From Rhynchobatus australiae (Eukaryota), in the NCBI GenBank assembly GCA_034780895.1, contig JAUZTB010000085.1:3248600-3308294 (forward strand): a stretch of 59,695 bases of DNA. The letters are read 5' to 3'. How positions within the stretch are numbered: position 1 is the first letter of the stretch; the number at the start of each line of letters is the position of its first letter. The notes below the pieces were generated by a model. It was not told the DNA's origin. It worked only from the letters and a program-made list of their open reading frames with translations, and searched no databases. The position numbers were made by a program, and so were the translations under genes. Below are positions 10,991 through 23,214 of this stretch, piece after piece.

Positions 10991-12649
10991 ATCATTAGGG
11001 GCATGAAGAGAATGAATTCACACATTTGTTTTATTTACCAAGGAAAAGGAATCAAAAACTATAACATGTCATAATTTTAAGGTGATGGGGGAAGATTTTA
11101 AAGCGACAGGAAGGGCAACTTCTTCACGCAGAGGACAGTGGGTATACGGAACGTTCTGCCCGAGGAAATAGTGGAGGCAGGTTTAATGACTGCATTTGAA
11201 AGACATTTGGACAGGATTGGAAGAACATAGGCTAAACGCGGAAAAATCGGACGAGATCAGATTGGAATCTGGATCAGCATGGATATGATTGACATGCAGA
11301 AGGATCTGTTTCCGTGATGCATTACTCTGTAACTTTATGACTCGAGAAACCCCTACTCCATAACCCAATGGCAAGGAAACAACCAACGATAATGATTCTC
11401 TACGATTGGTGTGACCTTTTCATCATCGACTCTACTTGACCTGCTGAGTATTCCCGGAATTAATGGACTTATTGTGGGAAATTAAATATTTTTTGTGCAA
11501 TTACGCGCGGGTAGTTAAGTCGTGAAGAAACTATTTGGATTCCTGCCTCACATTTTTATGTCCGGAAGGAAAAAGTGATAGCTCTTCAAATACATTTGGG
11601 GGCTATTGGAAGATTGAACATCAGCTTCGGTAGTTGGATTTAAGAAGAATGTCGAAAACGATCTCCCTGAATCATCCCATGAGTTTGACTCTTCCGTTAT
11701 TGTTTGTGAGATCCGAAAAAAAATGCGATGAAACTTCAGCCATTAGCTGGAGTACACTGGGCTTCCCGATGGCGTTTTCTGCAAACATTGCGCTTTTTGC
11801 ACTTCTGTAATTAATTGATTGCAAGCATCATTAACATTGATTTGCAATGGAACTGATATTGAAGAGCCGCTAGGGTAGCTCCATCGGTCTGGAAATGCTC
11901 CATAGATCCGATTCTACAAAGATTTTGTCCTCATTGCACCCTCGTTGCATGGTATCTCGCTCACCATGTCGTGATGAGCAGTTTGGAGATTCAGTTGAAC
12001 GACAATATCCGGCACTATATTAGCAACATCCCATTAGAAACGCAGAAGTACACGAACTGAACCGTATGTTATCACATATGCCGGAAAAGTACTGAATATT
12101 TCACAAAGCATTGCCCTGAAGTGCATTAACTAGAGGTTGCTGGTTCGATATCTGGATTCATTTTTCAACTCTCCGTTTCATTTTGTTGAACAGAATGAAA
12201 GGTTGTCCTATTCCTATCAGTGATCCTAGAATTCGGGACATGGATATAATGGACCGGTGATAGTCCAAAGAATTCCTAATTTCAATGATCTAACATTTGT
12301 TGAAATCTTCGGAAAAAGCAGCAGATAATTTTCCAAAACAATCATCTTAAAGACAACTGGAATCAGGCATCAATGCTCTCATCGAAGCAGAAACTTTCCG
12401 TGCCTCAGTAATGATGTCTTCGCTTTAGACATAATGATAATATTCTTCTTAACATCAGGGTCATTGGTTTAAACGGATGAGATGAATGTAGATCCATTGG
12501 ACTCCCATTATCCTGAACTTTCTTACCGTTGTATTGCTTACCGTTAAAATTGCAAAGAATAACCAAAAGAATGGTCCTGGGATAAGGGATGGAGAAATAT
12601 ATTTAATAAGGAAATCAGGAGGACAAAATGAAGGCATGAAAAATCCCTG

Positions 12650-13625
12650 AGAAATTATTGGCAATTCGTTTATGACTGAAACGTGTACTGAGATACGTGG
12701 GGGGGGGGGGGGCCTTTGCTTTGCATGTCATCCATACAGATCATTTCACAACGTAAGNNNNNNNNNNNNNNNNNNNNNNNNNNNNNNNNNNNNNNNNNNN
12801 NNNNNNNNNNNNNNNNNNNNNNNNNNNNNNNNNNNNNNNNNNNNNNNNNNNNNNNNNAGAAATTATTGGTAATACGTTTATGACTGAAACGTGTACTGAG
12901 ATACGTGGGGGGGGGGCGGGGTACTTTGCTTTGCATGTCATCCATACAGACCATTTCACAACGTAAGTACTTCGCGGTAGTACAAAGGGAAAACAATAAC
13001 ATGATGCAGAATATAGTGCCACAGTTACATAGGAAATGCAGTGCAAATAGACATTAAGGTTGAAGGGCCATGACGATATAAGTTGTGAGGTCAAGGGTTC
13101 ATCATTAACGTATAAGTGCTCCTTTCAATGGTCGTTAAAAGACGGATGGAAACGGTACTGGAGTCTGGTGGTATGTGTCTTCAAGACTTTGTATTTTCTG
13201 CCCGATTGCAGGGGGCAGAAGAGAAAATATTAAGGGTAGGAAGGCTCTTTGATGATATTGGCTGCTTCTCTGAGGCAGCGAGAAGTGTAGATATAGCCCA
13301 TGGAGGGGAGGTTAGTTTTTGTGATGTACGAATCTGCACCCACAACTTTCTGCCAATTATTGTGGTCTTGGGCAGTACAGTTGTCATACCAAGCTGTGAT
13401 GCCTCCGGATAGGATGCTTTCTATGGCACATCGAGAAAACATGGTGAGGGTCAGCAGGAACGTAGAGGCAGTAGAGTCAGTAGAGGCGCTGGCGCGCTTT
13501 TTTGAGGGATTGGCGTCTTCGAGGTTGAACCAGTACAAGCTATTGGTGATGTTAAACAGATATAAACATGAAGCTCTCAACCATCATCAGCTCCGACAAT
13601 CAATGCTAAAATATTCTATATGTAT
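12650..13625 (-). mobile_element. Rex1/Babar-type LINE 3' fragment (start duplicated across the gap)
   Basis: ORF 13230-13580: RCAIESILSGGITAWYDNCTAQD...YTSRCLREAANIIK, the typical RT C-terminal extension. Confidence 0.75.
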
Positions 13626-15950
13626 GCTACGACCAAACGCGTTGGTCAGGAGAGACTAGGTGCTCTTGAGAATCGGTTTATTCTTCTGGGTGTGGATTAC
13701 GAGAAATAGAAATGCTTAAATAAATATTCCTTGCCTTTCGTTATCATGGAGAAGGACATGAAAGCAAATTAGTTCAGGGAAGAGAAAAATGTTATCCTGA
13801 AACATATCAGCATTGCCTAATACGATGTTTTTGCGGACTTGAATCAACAAAATGCGGATAAATCCCCTAGGCCTGGTGAGATGAATCTTCGGACGTTGTG
13901 AGGAGTAAGGGAAGAAATTTCTGGAGTCCTGATAGGGATTTTGTAGCTTAATTTGGCACGGGTGATCTGCCAGAAGATTGACGGATGGCAAATAGTGTGC
14001 CTTTATTAAAGAATAGCTACAAGGACAATCCGGCGAAGTGCATTCTGTGAATCTCACCTCTGTGGTGGGAAGTTACTGGAGGGTTTACGGTTTTCTGATA
14101 GGATCTCTCTGCATTCGAAATGAAATGGAATGACGGTTATTGAGATCATTCATTTGTTCGTGAGAATTATCTTGCAAATATGACAGATGTTTGTTTGAGG
14201 AGATGATCGAAAGTATTGACGAGGTAAGGCAGTAGGCATTGTCTGTGTGGACTTCAGAAAGGAGTTTGACAAGGTCCCACATTGTTGGCTGATCCAGAAA
14301 AACTTACAATACATGTGATGTGATTCAGGGTGATCTAGCCAATTCGATGCACAATTAGATTTATAGTGAGAAGCCGATGGTGGTAGTGAAGTGTTGTCAA
14401 ATAGGAGGCTTGTGGCAATGGTTTACCACACAGATCTGTGCTCGGTACCATGTGGTTTGTTACACAAGTTGATGATTTGTATAAGTGTCCTTGTCCTTGT
14501 TGGTAAGTTTGCAGAAGGTACATAATTTTGTGATATAGTGGAGATTGAATAAGGTTGTATAAGGTTACACCGGGGTATTGATCAGTTGGGAAATTGGACG
14601 GAGGAAAGGCGGGTGGAATTTAACTCTGACAAGTCCAAAACGATGAATTTTTGGGAAGCTGAACTGGGGCACGTCATCCACCGTGAATGGCAGGACCATG
14701 GGGAGTGTTGTTGAAAGGAGAGACGTGGGGGTTTAGATATATAATACGCATAGTTCTCTAATAGAGACGATAGAGGTAGACTGGTCAGTGAAGAAGGCAT
14801 AAAAAATGCACGTTGGTAGTCTCCAAACTGATGGCATGAACATATAATTCACTACTTTACGTACTTTTTAACCCTTTTCATCCCACTGGACCCAATCATA
14901 CTCTGTCTCCTCCTCCACTCTCACCATTTCCCTATCACTTGCACATTCCTCCCACTGGTTCCACTCCTCACCTTCTTCCCTTTTATTCCAGGTTCCACTG
15001 TCCTTTTCGATCAGATTCCATCTTCTTCAACCCTTTCCCACTTACACTATCTTCTGACACAATTCCCACTATCTCTCCTCCTTTATCTGCCTCTCACCAG
15101 CCCCATTCCCCAGAAACCTGGGTACACTCATCACCTGCCTGTTCCAGCTCCACCCATGTGCCTCAGCTTTTTAGACTGCCTTCCCCCCCCCCTTCTTTAC
15201 ATCCCGATGAAGGGTCTCCATCCGAAACATCATCTATCCACATCTTCCATTTTTGCTGCCTGTATCACTGGTTCCTACAGCTCATTTGGCTATTGGTTCA
15301 GATTTTTTGCATCTGACTTGTCTTGTGTCTCCAGATGGCAGGCTTGTCTTCAAGGGCCGTGGCAATGAAGACAAGAGTTTGGTCGTCGTGCCACAGTTGT
15401 ACAAAAAGGTTTGTGAGACCAAATTTGCAGCATTATGCGCAGTTCTGCCCGCCGCGCGAGAGGAAGGATATGACAAAGAAAGAGAAAGTGCAGAAATAAC
15501 ATATCCAGGATGTTGCTGTAACTGAGTCGCTTGAGTTCCACAGAGACGGATCTGCTGGGATTGAGTTCCCGGGAGCAGTGCGTGATGTTGTGTAACATAT
15601 ACAAAGTTATAAAATCGTGGGTGGTACAGATCGGGTGAATAGTGATAGATTTTCCCCAAATTAGGCAAGTCTAATGCTAGAGGACACAGGTTTAAGATGA
15701 TTTGGGAAATTATAGGGGACTTTAAAGGGAGCTCTCTCACGCAAGAAGGTGGTGGGGAGGTGGAACGAGGTGCCAGAAGAAGTGACAGAGACGGGTACAT
15801 TAACAAAGTTCAATCGGCGTTTGGACAGGTACGTGAATAGGGATTATTCAGGATAGGGGCCAAGCTCGGGCATTTATAACCAGCGTAGACAGTCATCCTG
15901 TTTGGTATGGACGAGTTGGCCTGAAAGGCCTGTTTCCGTGTTCCATAACT
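13625..15950 (+). mobile_element. Degenerate CR1 ORF2 to 3' end, interrupted by a Penelope-like insert at ~14800-15335
   Basis: VDFRKEFDKVPH, PQGSVLG-like and KFA.GT.F motifs, ARGHRFK tail; the CR1 text GTGAAGAAGGCAT...ATGGCAGGCTTG is continuous across the insert. Confidence 0.8.
14800..15335 (+). mobile_element. Penelope-like element 3' fragment (GIY-YIG C-terminus, pyrimidine-rich UTR, degenerate hammerhead-like motif)
   Basis: GTTGGTAGTCTCCAAACTGATGGCATGAAC = VGSLQTDGMN (LGxLxPxG(L/M)N motif); CCGATGAAGGGTCTCCATCCGAAAC at 15204-15228. Confidence 0.75.
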
Positions 15951-16561
15951 CTCCTACTCAATGTTTCCATTATCGTGCAGGTGTAGAGTGTGAGAAGCAG
16001 ACACAGAGGGAAAAATATTAAATGGAACTTCATGGGGAACGAGGTACCAAACTGCATGGAAGACATTGCAAACCTGCCCTCATGCAGCACGAGATCAGGA
16101 GGGTATGGGGTAGCCAGAGTGTGTTCAGCGGTGGAGATGCAATGAAAACCCCATTGCTTTATCCACAGATTCTGCCCCTCTGTGTTTCACTTTGCAAACT
16201 GGTGAACTGTTCCACACCGATTGGACCCAGTGCAGAACCTGAATCAGCATCTGGGAACGAAAAACCATCCGATAAAAGAAATCAAGTCTCATTATAAGAT
16301 ATGCGAAGAAGTGACCAATAACTTTATCGAAGAAGGAGCGCAGGATATATTGCAATTTCAGTTGGATGCTTTACAGAAGGCATTTTAATCAGGTGCTGGT
16401 CAAGAGAGCTAATGCTGTCTCAATGGATAACAAAATAACCATTCAGAGTCAAAATGAACAGTTATCAATAATGTAGGAAGAAACTCCATTCCCATCCAAC
16501 GGAAAGTGCAGTGCATGGAGTAACAACTGTGACTCGAGGATACAAACCGCTTTAGCTCTTT

Positions 16562-17466
16562 CTATCGTTGAACTATCTTAACAATTGCATTCAGTGGGTA
16601 TTTCGTCGCGTTCATCAACTCTTCTCTGAATCTATTCTGCGTCAGGACATAAATGCACGTGTTAGTGCAGGAACTGAGGACTTGCAGCATAAAGGCTACT
16701 TGTTGTGTGATGTAATTGGGGTCTGAATAAGAGTAATAAACTTGAATGTTTGCAATCCGTCGATAAACGTTGAAGAAAACTTTTGTCGTCCACAACAATA
16801 CGAAACTTCCCGATATACTGAAGAGTAAAACAATGGATTTCCTTCGGTTCTCCATCTCCGGGTCCTTGCCATTTTCTCCAATGCTGCGTTCCCGGAGTCC
16901 TTTGCGAACTCTACTAGCCATTAAGATGCATTTGACTGTCAGAGCATTGAACACCATAATCAGAAAGAACGGGATAAAAGGTGTTAAAATCCGGTCCATC
17001 ATGTCAAATGCGGCCCAAGCTCGTGAAGTGTAGAAGCTTAGTTTTGGAAGGCAGCCCCAGGGAATATCACCAATGAAGTACAGTGGTTTATAAATAAAAT
17101 ACCAGGGAGCAGACACCAAACAACTCAGCACACTCACTGTCCCGATAACCACATTCGCCGTTCTCTCGGTGCAATACTTTGTTTTCAGCTTCTCACAACA
17201 AATAGCTACAAATCGATCGAATGTGAAAGCGACGGTCAGCCAGACAGAACTCGTCGTTCCTGTCGAGAGCAGCGCGACAGCGAAACTGCAGACGGGAGTC
17301 ATGCGCAGGAATGAGTCCGAAAAGTAAATCCGACCAATCCACCTCAGTAAAGGGTCAGTGACAACGACCAAGAAATCGGCCGCCGCCATGGCCAGCATAT
17401 AGCGAATGATACACTTGGAGAGACCGCACTTTCCACGGGACAGGATTATAATCGCTACCAAGTTAG
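16562..17466 (-). CDS. GPR139-like: GPR139/GPR142-like class A GPCR paralog 2, exon 2
   Basis: Acceptor CCCTTGTAG|CTAAC; uninterrupted 905-nt exon with AMAAADFL, TPVC, AFTFDRFVAIC, PWGC, LTPFIPF and SSCTNTCIY; 324 aa together with exon 1. Confidence 0.95.
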
Positions 17467-17554
17467 CTACAAGGGTAATAAAGCAAAGCAGAGAGGTCAG
17501 AGAAAACAGGCAGCGGTCGTGAGGTATTGAATTCCTTTGTTGCTACCTCCGTAT

Positions 17555-17885
17555 CTCTATAATAGGTGGCACGGTCTCGCTGCTCGCGGAACCTCTGTCT
17601 CACAACGCTGGAGACCGTGACTGAATCCTGACTTCTCGTCGGGACTGTGTGGAGTTTGCATTGTGACAGCTGAAGTTTTCCCCCACGTTATCAGCTTTCT
17701 GCCCATATCCCAAAGAGTTGGTCGGTTAATTGATAACGATTGCTGACACCAGCGTGTAGGTGATTCGTGGAAGCTGGAGGGAGTTAATGAAGGAAACTTG
17801 ATGAATGTAGTACTAGTATAAATGAGGAGTTGATGGTCGCCAGGGAATAGTTGAGTCGACAGGTCTGTTTGTGTTCTGAACATCT
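17555..17885 (+). mobile_element. tRNA-derived SINE (HE1/V-SINE-like)
   Basis: GGTGGCACGG...CTCACAACGCTGGAGACC...TGTGTGGAGTTTGCA core with a CR1-like 3' tail; related copies at ~20500-20710(-), 22330-22680, 40440-40640 and 50550-50800. Confidence 0.65.
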
Positions 17886-18799
17886 CTTAATTCTGCAAAT
17901 AAAAACTACAATTCTGCTTTTACTGGTAATGTAAATATTTTTGGAAGACTTCCGAAGTTATTATTCTCCTCGTCAACTTGTTAACTCTTAAGCCTCTACC
18001 AATAACCTGACGTTGCTACATTTCATTTTTTTCCACTTCCTTGGTATTAATATTCGCTGTGAAGTAATTTAACAGCCTTAATCAACTGTTGATGGTGAAT
18101 GATACTTCTTCTCTCAGTATTTACTCTCACAATTCCCATGCCGGGCCTATCTATCCTGTGACTTGCCGTCACTTTATTTGGCACTTTCTATAGGAAGGAT
18201 GTGACAAAGTAAAGAGGGTGCAGAAATTATTCACAAGGATGCTGCTGGGATTGAAGGAGGCGTGAGGAACAAGCTTTTCATCCAGATGGTGGTGAGTATG
18301 TGAAATGAATTGGAAATCGCAAAGACGACGTTTGAAAGGCATTTCGACCAGTTCACCGATAGAAAAGGTCGAGAGAGAGATGAGCCAAATGCAAGCGAAT
18401 GCGACTAGCTCAGGTCGCATCATGGTCAGCTTGGGAAAGTTGGCCTGAAAGGTCCTTATGCGTGCTGTACACCTTTATGACTCATTTTTCTCGCGATGAT
18501 CACGCCCTAAAGCATTGATCCTTCATTCACTAAACTATCCTCTCTCTATTGTTTTCACTGGCAATATGTGAAGTTTTGCAGGATCTGCCAATGCGTTCTA
18601 GTTGCCGGAGTCTTTCACAGTTCCCTTTTGATGACTTTAACCCTCCACTTCAGCTGCATTGTTCCACCTAGAAGGTGTGTTCTAAACAGTGCAGACAAAC
18701 ATTGAAACTGTTTCTGTGGCTGTGCTGCTCGTAAAAGGAATTGGTAGAAACCACTATTGTTCAATAGGGAAAATCCCAACACCTCCTCTGCTCATTAAC

Positions 18800-19350
18800 A
18801 GAAGAAGACAGAATTCCAATTACAAAGAGCACTCAGACAAAAAAAAATCACGTATGCTCATTCTTGCACTGAGAGTGGACTAGTCTGAGGACTGGCAGGT
18901 CAGAGATGGGGTGCGAGGTGGCGTTGAAGTGATTGGTAACGGGAAGATGCAGATCGCGATTACGGACAGAGCGCAGATGTTGTGCGAAACGGTCATCGAA
19001 TGTGCTTTTCTATCGTATTTGCCAATGCAGAGAAGGCCACACTCCTGGCACGCAATTCAGTAGATGATATTAAGCGATGTGAAAGTGAATCCCTGTCTCA
19101 CCTGGTAGCACTATTTGGATCCCTGGGTAGAGGCGACGGACGTGGTGTTGGGCAGCTGTTGCACTTATGGCGCGGGTAGTGTAAAGTTCCTGGAGCGGGA
19201 ATGAGATGGTTGAGGTGGGGAGGAGTGAACCAGAGATTCGCGGAATGAGCGGCCTCTGCGAATGTCAGAAAGGGGCGGAGAGGGAAAGATAGATTTTTGC
19301 TGAGGTCCCGTTAGAGATGGTGGAAGTGACGTAAATGATGTGCTGGAACA
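18800..19350 (-). mobile_element. Penelope-like element fragment (RT-EN linker and GIY-YIG endonuclease)
   Basis: Minus strand: IFPSPPLSDIRRGRSFRESLVHSS, QGSK.CYQVRQGFT, NIIY*IACQECGLLCIG, DRFAQHLRSVR, LPVTNHFN. Confidence 0.82.
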
Positions 19351-20090
19351 TTGGCAAATGACATTCAGTTCGGGGAAATGTGTGGCGTTGCATTTTAGAA
19401 AATCAAACCAAAAAAGGGCAGAAACTGTGAATGGTCGAACCCTGGAGAGTATTGGGGAGTAGAGGGCCCGAGGGGTACAAGGACATGGGTGGCTATGACC
19501 GGCGTTTGACAAGCTGGCCTTCAGAAATCTGGGCATTGAGTCGAGGAGTTGAGATGCTATGTTGTAAAGACGTTGGTGAAATCGCACTTGGAGTATTGTG
19601 TCCAGTTTTGATCGTCCTTTTATGAGAAATACATATTAAACTGGAAAGATTACAGACAAGATCTAAAAGGATGCTGCTCGGACTCGAGGCCCTGTGTTCC
19701 AGGGAGAGGTAAGGCTGTCTGGGAACTTATTCCTTGGAACATCGGAGACTGAGGGGCAACCTTATGGAGGTGACTAAAATTAATAGTGGTACAGATAGGG
19801 CCAATGTGCACAGTCTTTTTTTTCCCAGGATCGGGACAGTAAACATGAAGGGCACAGATTTAAGGTGAGAGGCGAAAGATTTTAAAGGTAGTTGAGGGGC
19901 AACTTCACGCAGAGGGTGACCTGTATGTGGAACGAGCTAACGGGGAAGTGGTTGAGGCAGTTACTGCACTCGGATAAATACTTGGATAGAGGATGTTTAG
20001 AGGGATATGAGCAAATGGGTCTCGCTTTTGGGAACCATGGGAAGCATGACTGAGGTGGGCGGAATGGTCTGCTTCCCCGCTGTCTCCTTC
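19350..20090 (+). mobile_element. CR1 3' fragment
   Basis: [33 protein letters not shown] motifs. Confidence 0.8.
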
Positions 20091-21459
20091 TGTGACGAGG
20101 TGGCTTATATTGGTCGATCCATTATATCTCTTTAGCAAAATTCCGAACAACATTACCAATCCCTACAAGTACATCGGAATACAACCTCTTTACCAACACC
20201 AATCACCATTGAACCATACAGACAGACATCATAGAAACAGGCACTTCAACCCACACAGTCGCCTCGACCATCAACCACCAATTTCACGCTAAGCACTTGA
20301 ATCCCAGGTTCTACCAATAACCGGCATACGTGGAAATATACAACAGCGAATTAACCTATCAATCTCACGTCTTTATGATGTTGCAGGGAACCAAAGCATA
20401 TGCGNNNNNNNNNNNNNNNNNNNNNNNNNNNNNNNNNNNNNNNNNNNNNNNNNNNNNNNNNNNNNNNNNNNNNNNNNNNNNNNNNNNNNNNNNNNNNNNN
20501 NNNNACGTGGAAATATACAACAGCGAATTAACCTATCAATCTCACGTCTTTATGATGTTGCAGGGAACCAAAGCATATGCGTGAAGCCCATGCGGTGGCA
20601 GAGAAAGCGTGCAAAGTGCACGCAAACAGCACCCGAGGTCAGAATCGAACGAGGCTGTTTGGCGCTCGGGGGGGGGGAGGGGCGAGGATCTGCTGGCTGC
20701 CATTGTGCCGTCTCTGCAGCCGTCGGTTGAAGTCAGCCTCAGGAAAGAAGCAGTAAAATGTTCGAGAGAGGACTTTCAATTGGACATGCTGCATTTCTGC
20801 CCCTTCATGTCAGGCGCTACTCTTTGTATGTTGCCTTCTGAAGCTCCCCTTTAAAAATCCCCGTGACCGAATCCCTGCGTTGTCAGTAAGTCTGCAGGGA
20901 CAGAATAAGAATGGACCAGGTTTGTCCTCGGAGTATATTCCCAGGGCGCTGGAAACATTACTTACTAATACGGGAGATTATGGTTAGAATATCATTCCAA
21001 AATTGTATGTTATTTTCATTGGTACAGGACGAATCCAGTTTAATAACAACAATCGTTCACTCCTATTATCACTAATACTGCTTAATTCAGGCAACATCCG
21101 GTGAATCTCCTCTACATGCTCTGCAAAGGGTGTCAGATAAGTTGCATATCCTTGAGATCTTTGTCTTTCCACCATTTTATTTGCACCAGCGTTAATGCTG
21201 CTGAGGTAATAATTGTTGATTTTCAACTGTCATTGAAGAAGCACTGATCAGTGCGTAACGGTGCCAGCGGCGTCTTATTCGCCATACTAAACCCGAATTC
21301 CTATGCTGGGTCCTCTCGAGTACGTGCCGGTCCAAACAATTTCAGAGCAACAAAGTTCATGTTTCTCTGTGTAATTGGACACCCTGTTATCACGTTGATG
21401 GAAGGTATTTTTCACAGCTGTTGAAATTCCCAACTCTGCGGAAAATAAGTTGCATTTTG

Positions 21460-22215
21460 AACGGTCAAATGTTAGAGGAAAGTAAATGGCAGAACCCTTC
21501 GGAGCTTTGATGTACAGGGGAATCTTGGGGTTCAGGACCATAACCATGAAAGTAGGAACACTGGTAGATGGAGTGATAAAGAAGGCCTGTGGCATACTTG
21601 CTATCATCTATCGGGGTGCTGAATATAAATGTAGGCAAGACATCTTCAGCTTCATAAGGATTTGGTGGGGCAAACTTTGGCGCGCAGTTCTGGTCGCCGC
21701 GTTGCACGACGAATGTGGTGGCTTTTTACATTTTGCAGAAGAGGTTCACCAGGATGTTGCTAGATTAAAGAGTATTAGCTATGGGGAGAGGTTGGACAGA
21801 CTAGGTTTGTTTTCTCTGGACTCTGGCAGGCTGAAGGGGCACTTGATACAATCTTATACAAATTGGAGATACATAGATCAGGTTTATAGTAAGAATCTTT
21901 TTCTCAGGGTGGAAACATCAAATGCCAGAAGGCAGAGGTTTAAGGTGAGTAGGGACAAGGTAACTGAGATTTAGGAAACAAGTGTTTTCCACATAGAGTA
22001 GCGGCCGTCTGGAATGCTTTGCCAGGAGGGGAAGAGTGGGTTATCTGCTGGAAGCGCGATATGATAGAAATGTTTAAGAGGCATTTGGAGAGGCATATGA
22101 AGAGCCAGGGCATAGATGGATACGGACTTTTTACCAGAAGGTGGAATTCGTTAATCTGGCATCATAGTCGGTGCAGAAATGTCTGTTCCTGTAGTAAATT
22201 GTTCGATGTCGTATG
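21460..22215 (+). mobile_element. CR1 3' fragment
   Basis: ORF 21486: VIKKACGILAII, SYGERLDRLGLFSL...RLKGHLI. Confidence 0.82.
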
Positions 22216-23068
22216 AGTACATTACTCGGTCCCGGGAGCTTGCTCTGTCATTGAGCAAAATCGTGACTGAACGACTACAACTTTAACACAACACATACAT
22301 ATACCCAATCTAAGTTTGTTTACAGGACAGGTGCCGCTGCCTCACAGTTCCCACTACACAGTTTGGGTCATGATCACATATACTCTCGGTGTGGATTTTG
22401 CACGTTGTTTACTGCAACGGCGTCGATTTCAGCTGAGTGATCCGGGTTCCTTCGTAAGTCAAAAACGCGAAGGTATGTAAATGGCAGACTACAAATTATC
22501 CCCTATTGAGCAGGCTGGCATGAAAATTAGAAGGATGTTTGAAAGAATAGAGTAGAGGGAAATAGCGTTGACTGGAATGGTCGAAAAACTGACATGGACT
22601 CTGCGGGCCGAATGGCTTCCATTTGTATCGTAAAGAAACACAGGCTATCAGCATGGACTCGAGAGTTCGCATGGCTTCCTCCTACACCGTAAGGAACACA
22701 AATGAGAGCTTCTTGGCTTTTATCATAAGAAGCTCACATGTTTGAATGTTACAGTACTTTCTCTTCTCAACGTGAATATTTGTACAGTTGCCCATCTTGC
22801 CAAACCAGCCCCTAACCCAATGATCGGATAGCAGTTCATTAAGCGCCGGGAATAACCCACCATCAATACCAAAGCGGAACGAATCAAAACTCATGCAGGA
22901 CAAAGGCACGTGCGACGAGACCAGAGCATCAGAGGCTTTGTGTATTTCGATATAAGACCGCTCAAACTTGACTAATAATCGTGGAAAACGGGGCACCGCG
23001 AAAATCATAAATTTACGCATCGCAGCACAGTTAAAGCAGAGTTGAACAAGTGACCCCCGCGAACTTAC

Positions 23069-23138
23069 CCGGAACACCAAGGGCTACAATAACAGGATAA
23101 TAAATCCGTTCAATGCACATGATGATTGGGCATCCCAT
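23069..23138 (-). CDS. GPR139-like: GPR139-like paralog 2, coding exon 1 (MGCPIIMCIERIYYPVIVALGVP)
   Basis: ATG at 23138, 70 nt, donor G|GTAAGT, phase 1 matching exon 2 (GVP-A-NLVAIIIL); same length as paralog 1 exon 1; intron 17467-23068. Confidence 0.9.
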
Positions 23139-23208
23139 TATGATGAGAAGAAGTGAATTCTGCAGCTCCAATAAAAACTCTGAGTTGATGCATAGCAAGG
23201 ATTCCCAA

Positions 23209-23214
23209 TTTATA
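23209..23214 (-). promoter_or_regulatory. Putative TATA box of GPCR 2
   Basis: TATAAA ~75 nt upstream of the ATG. The plus-strand context AGTGAATTC..ACTCTGA..CAAGG.TTCC....TTTATA is shared with paralog 1. Confidence 0.55.

Noticed and set aside
20328-20581. Apparent direct repeats around gaps (also 3484-3633 and 12650-12967)
   Set aside because: Contig-end overlaps from the assembly, not biological repeats
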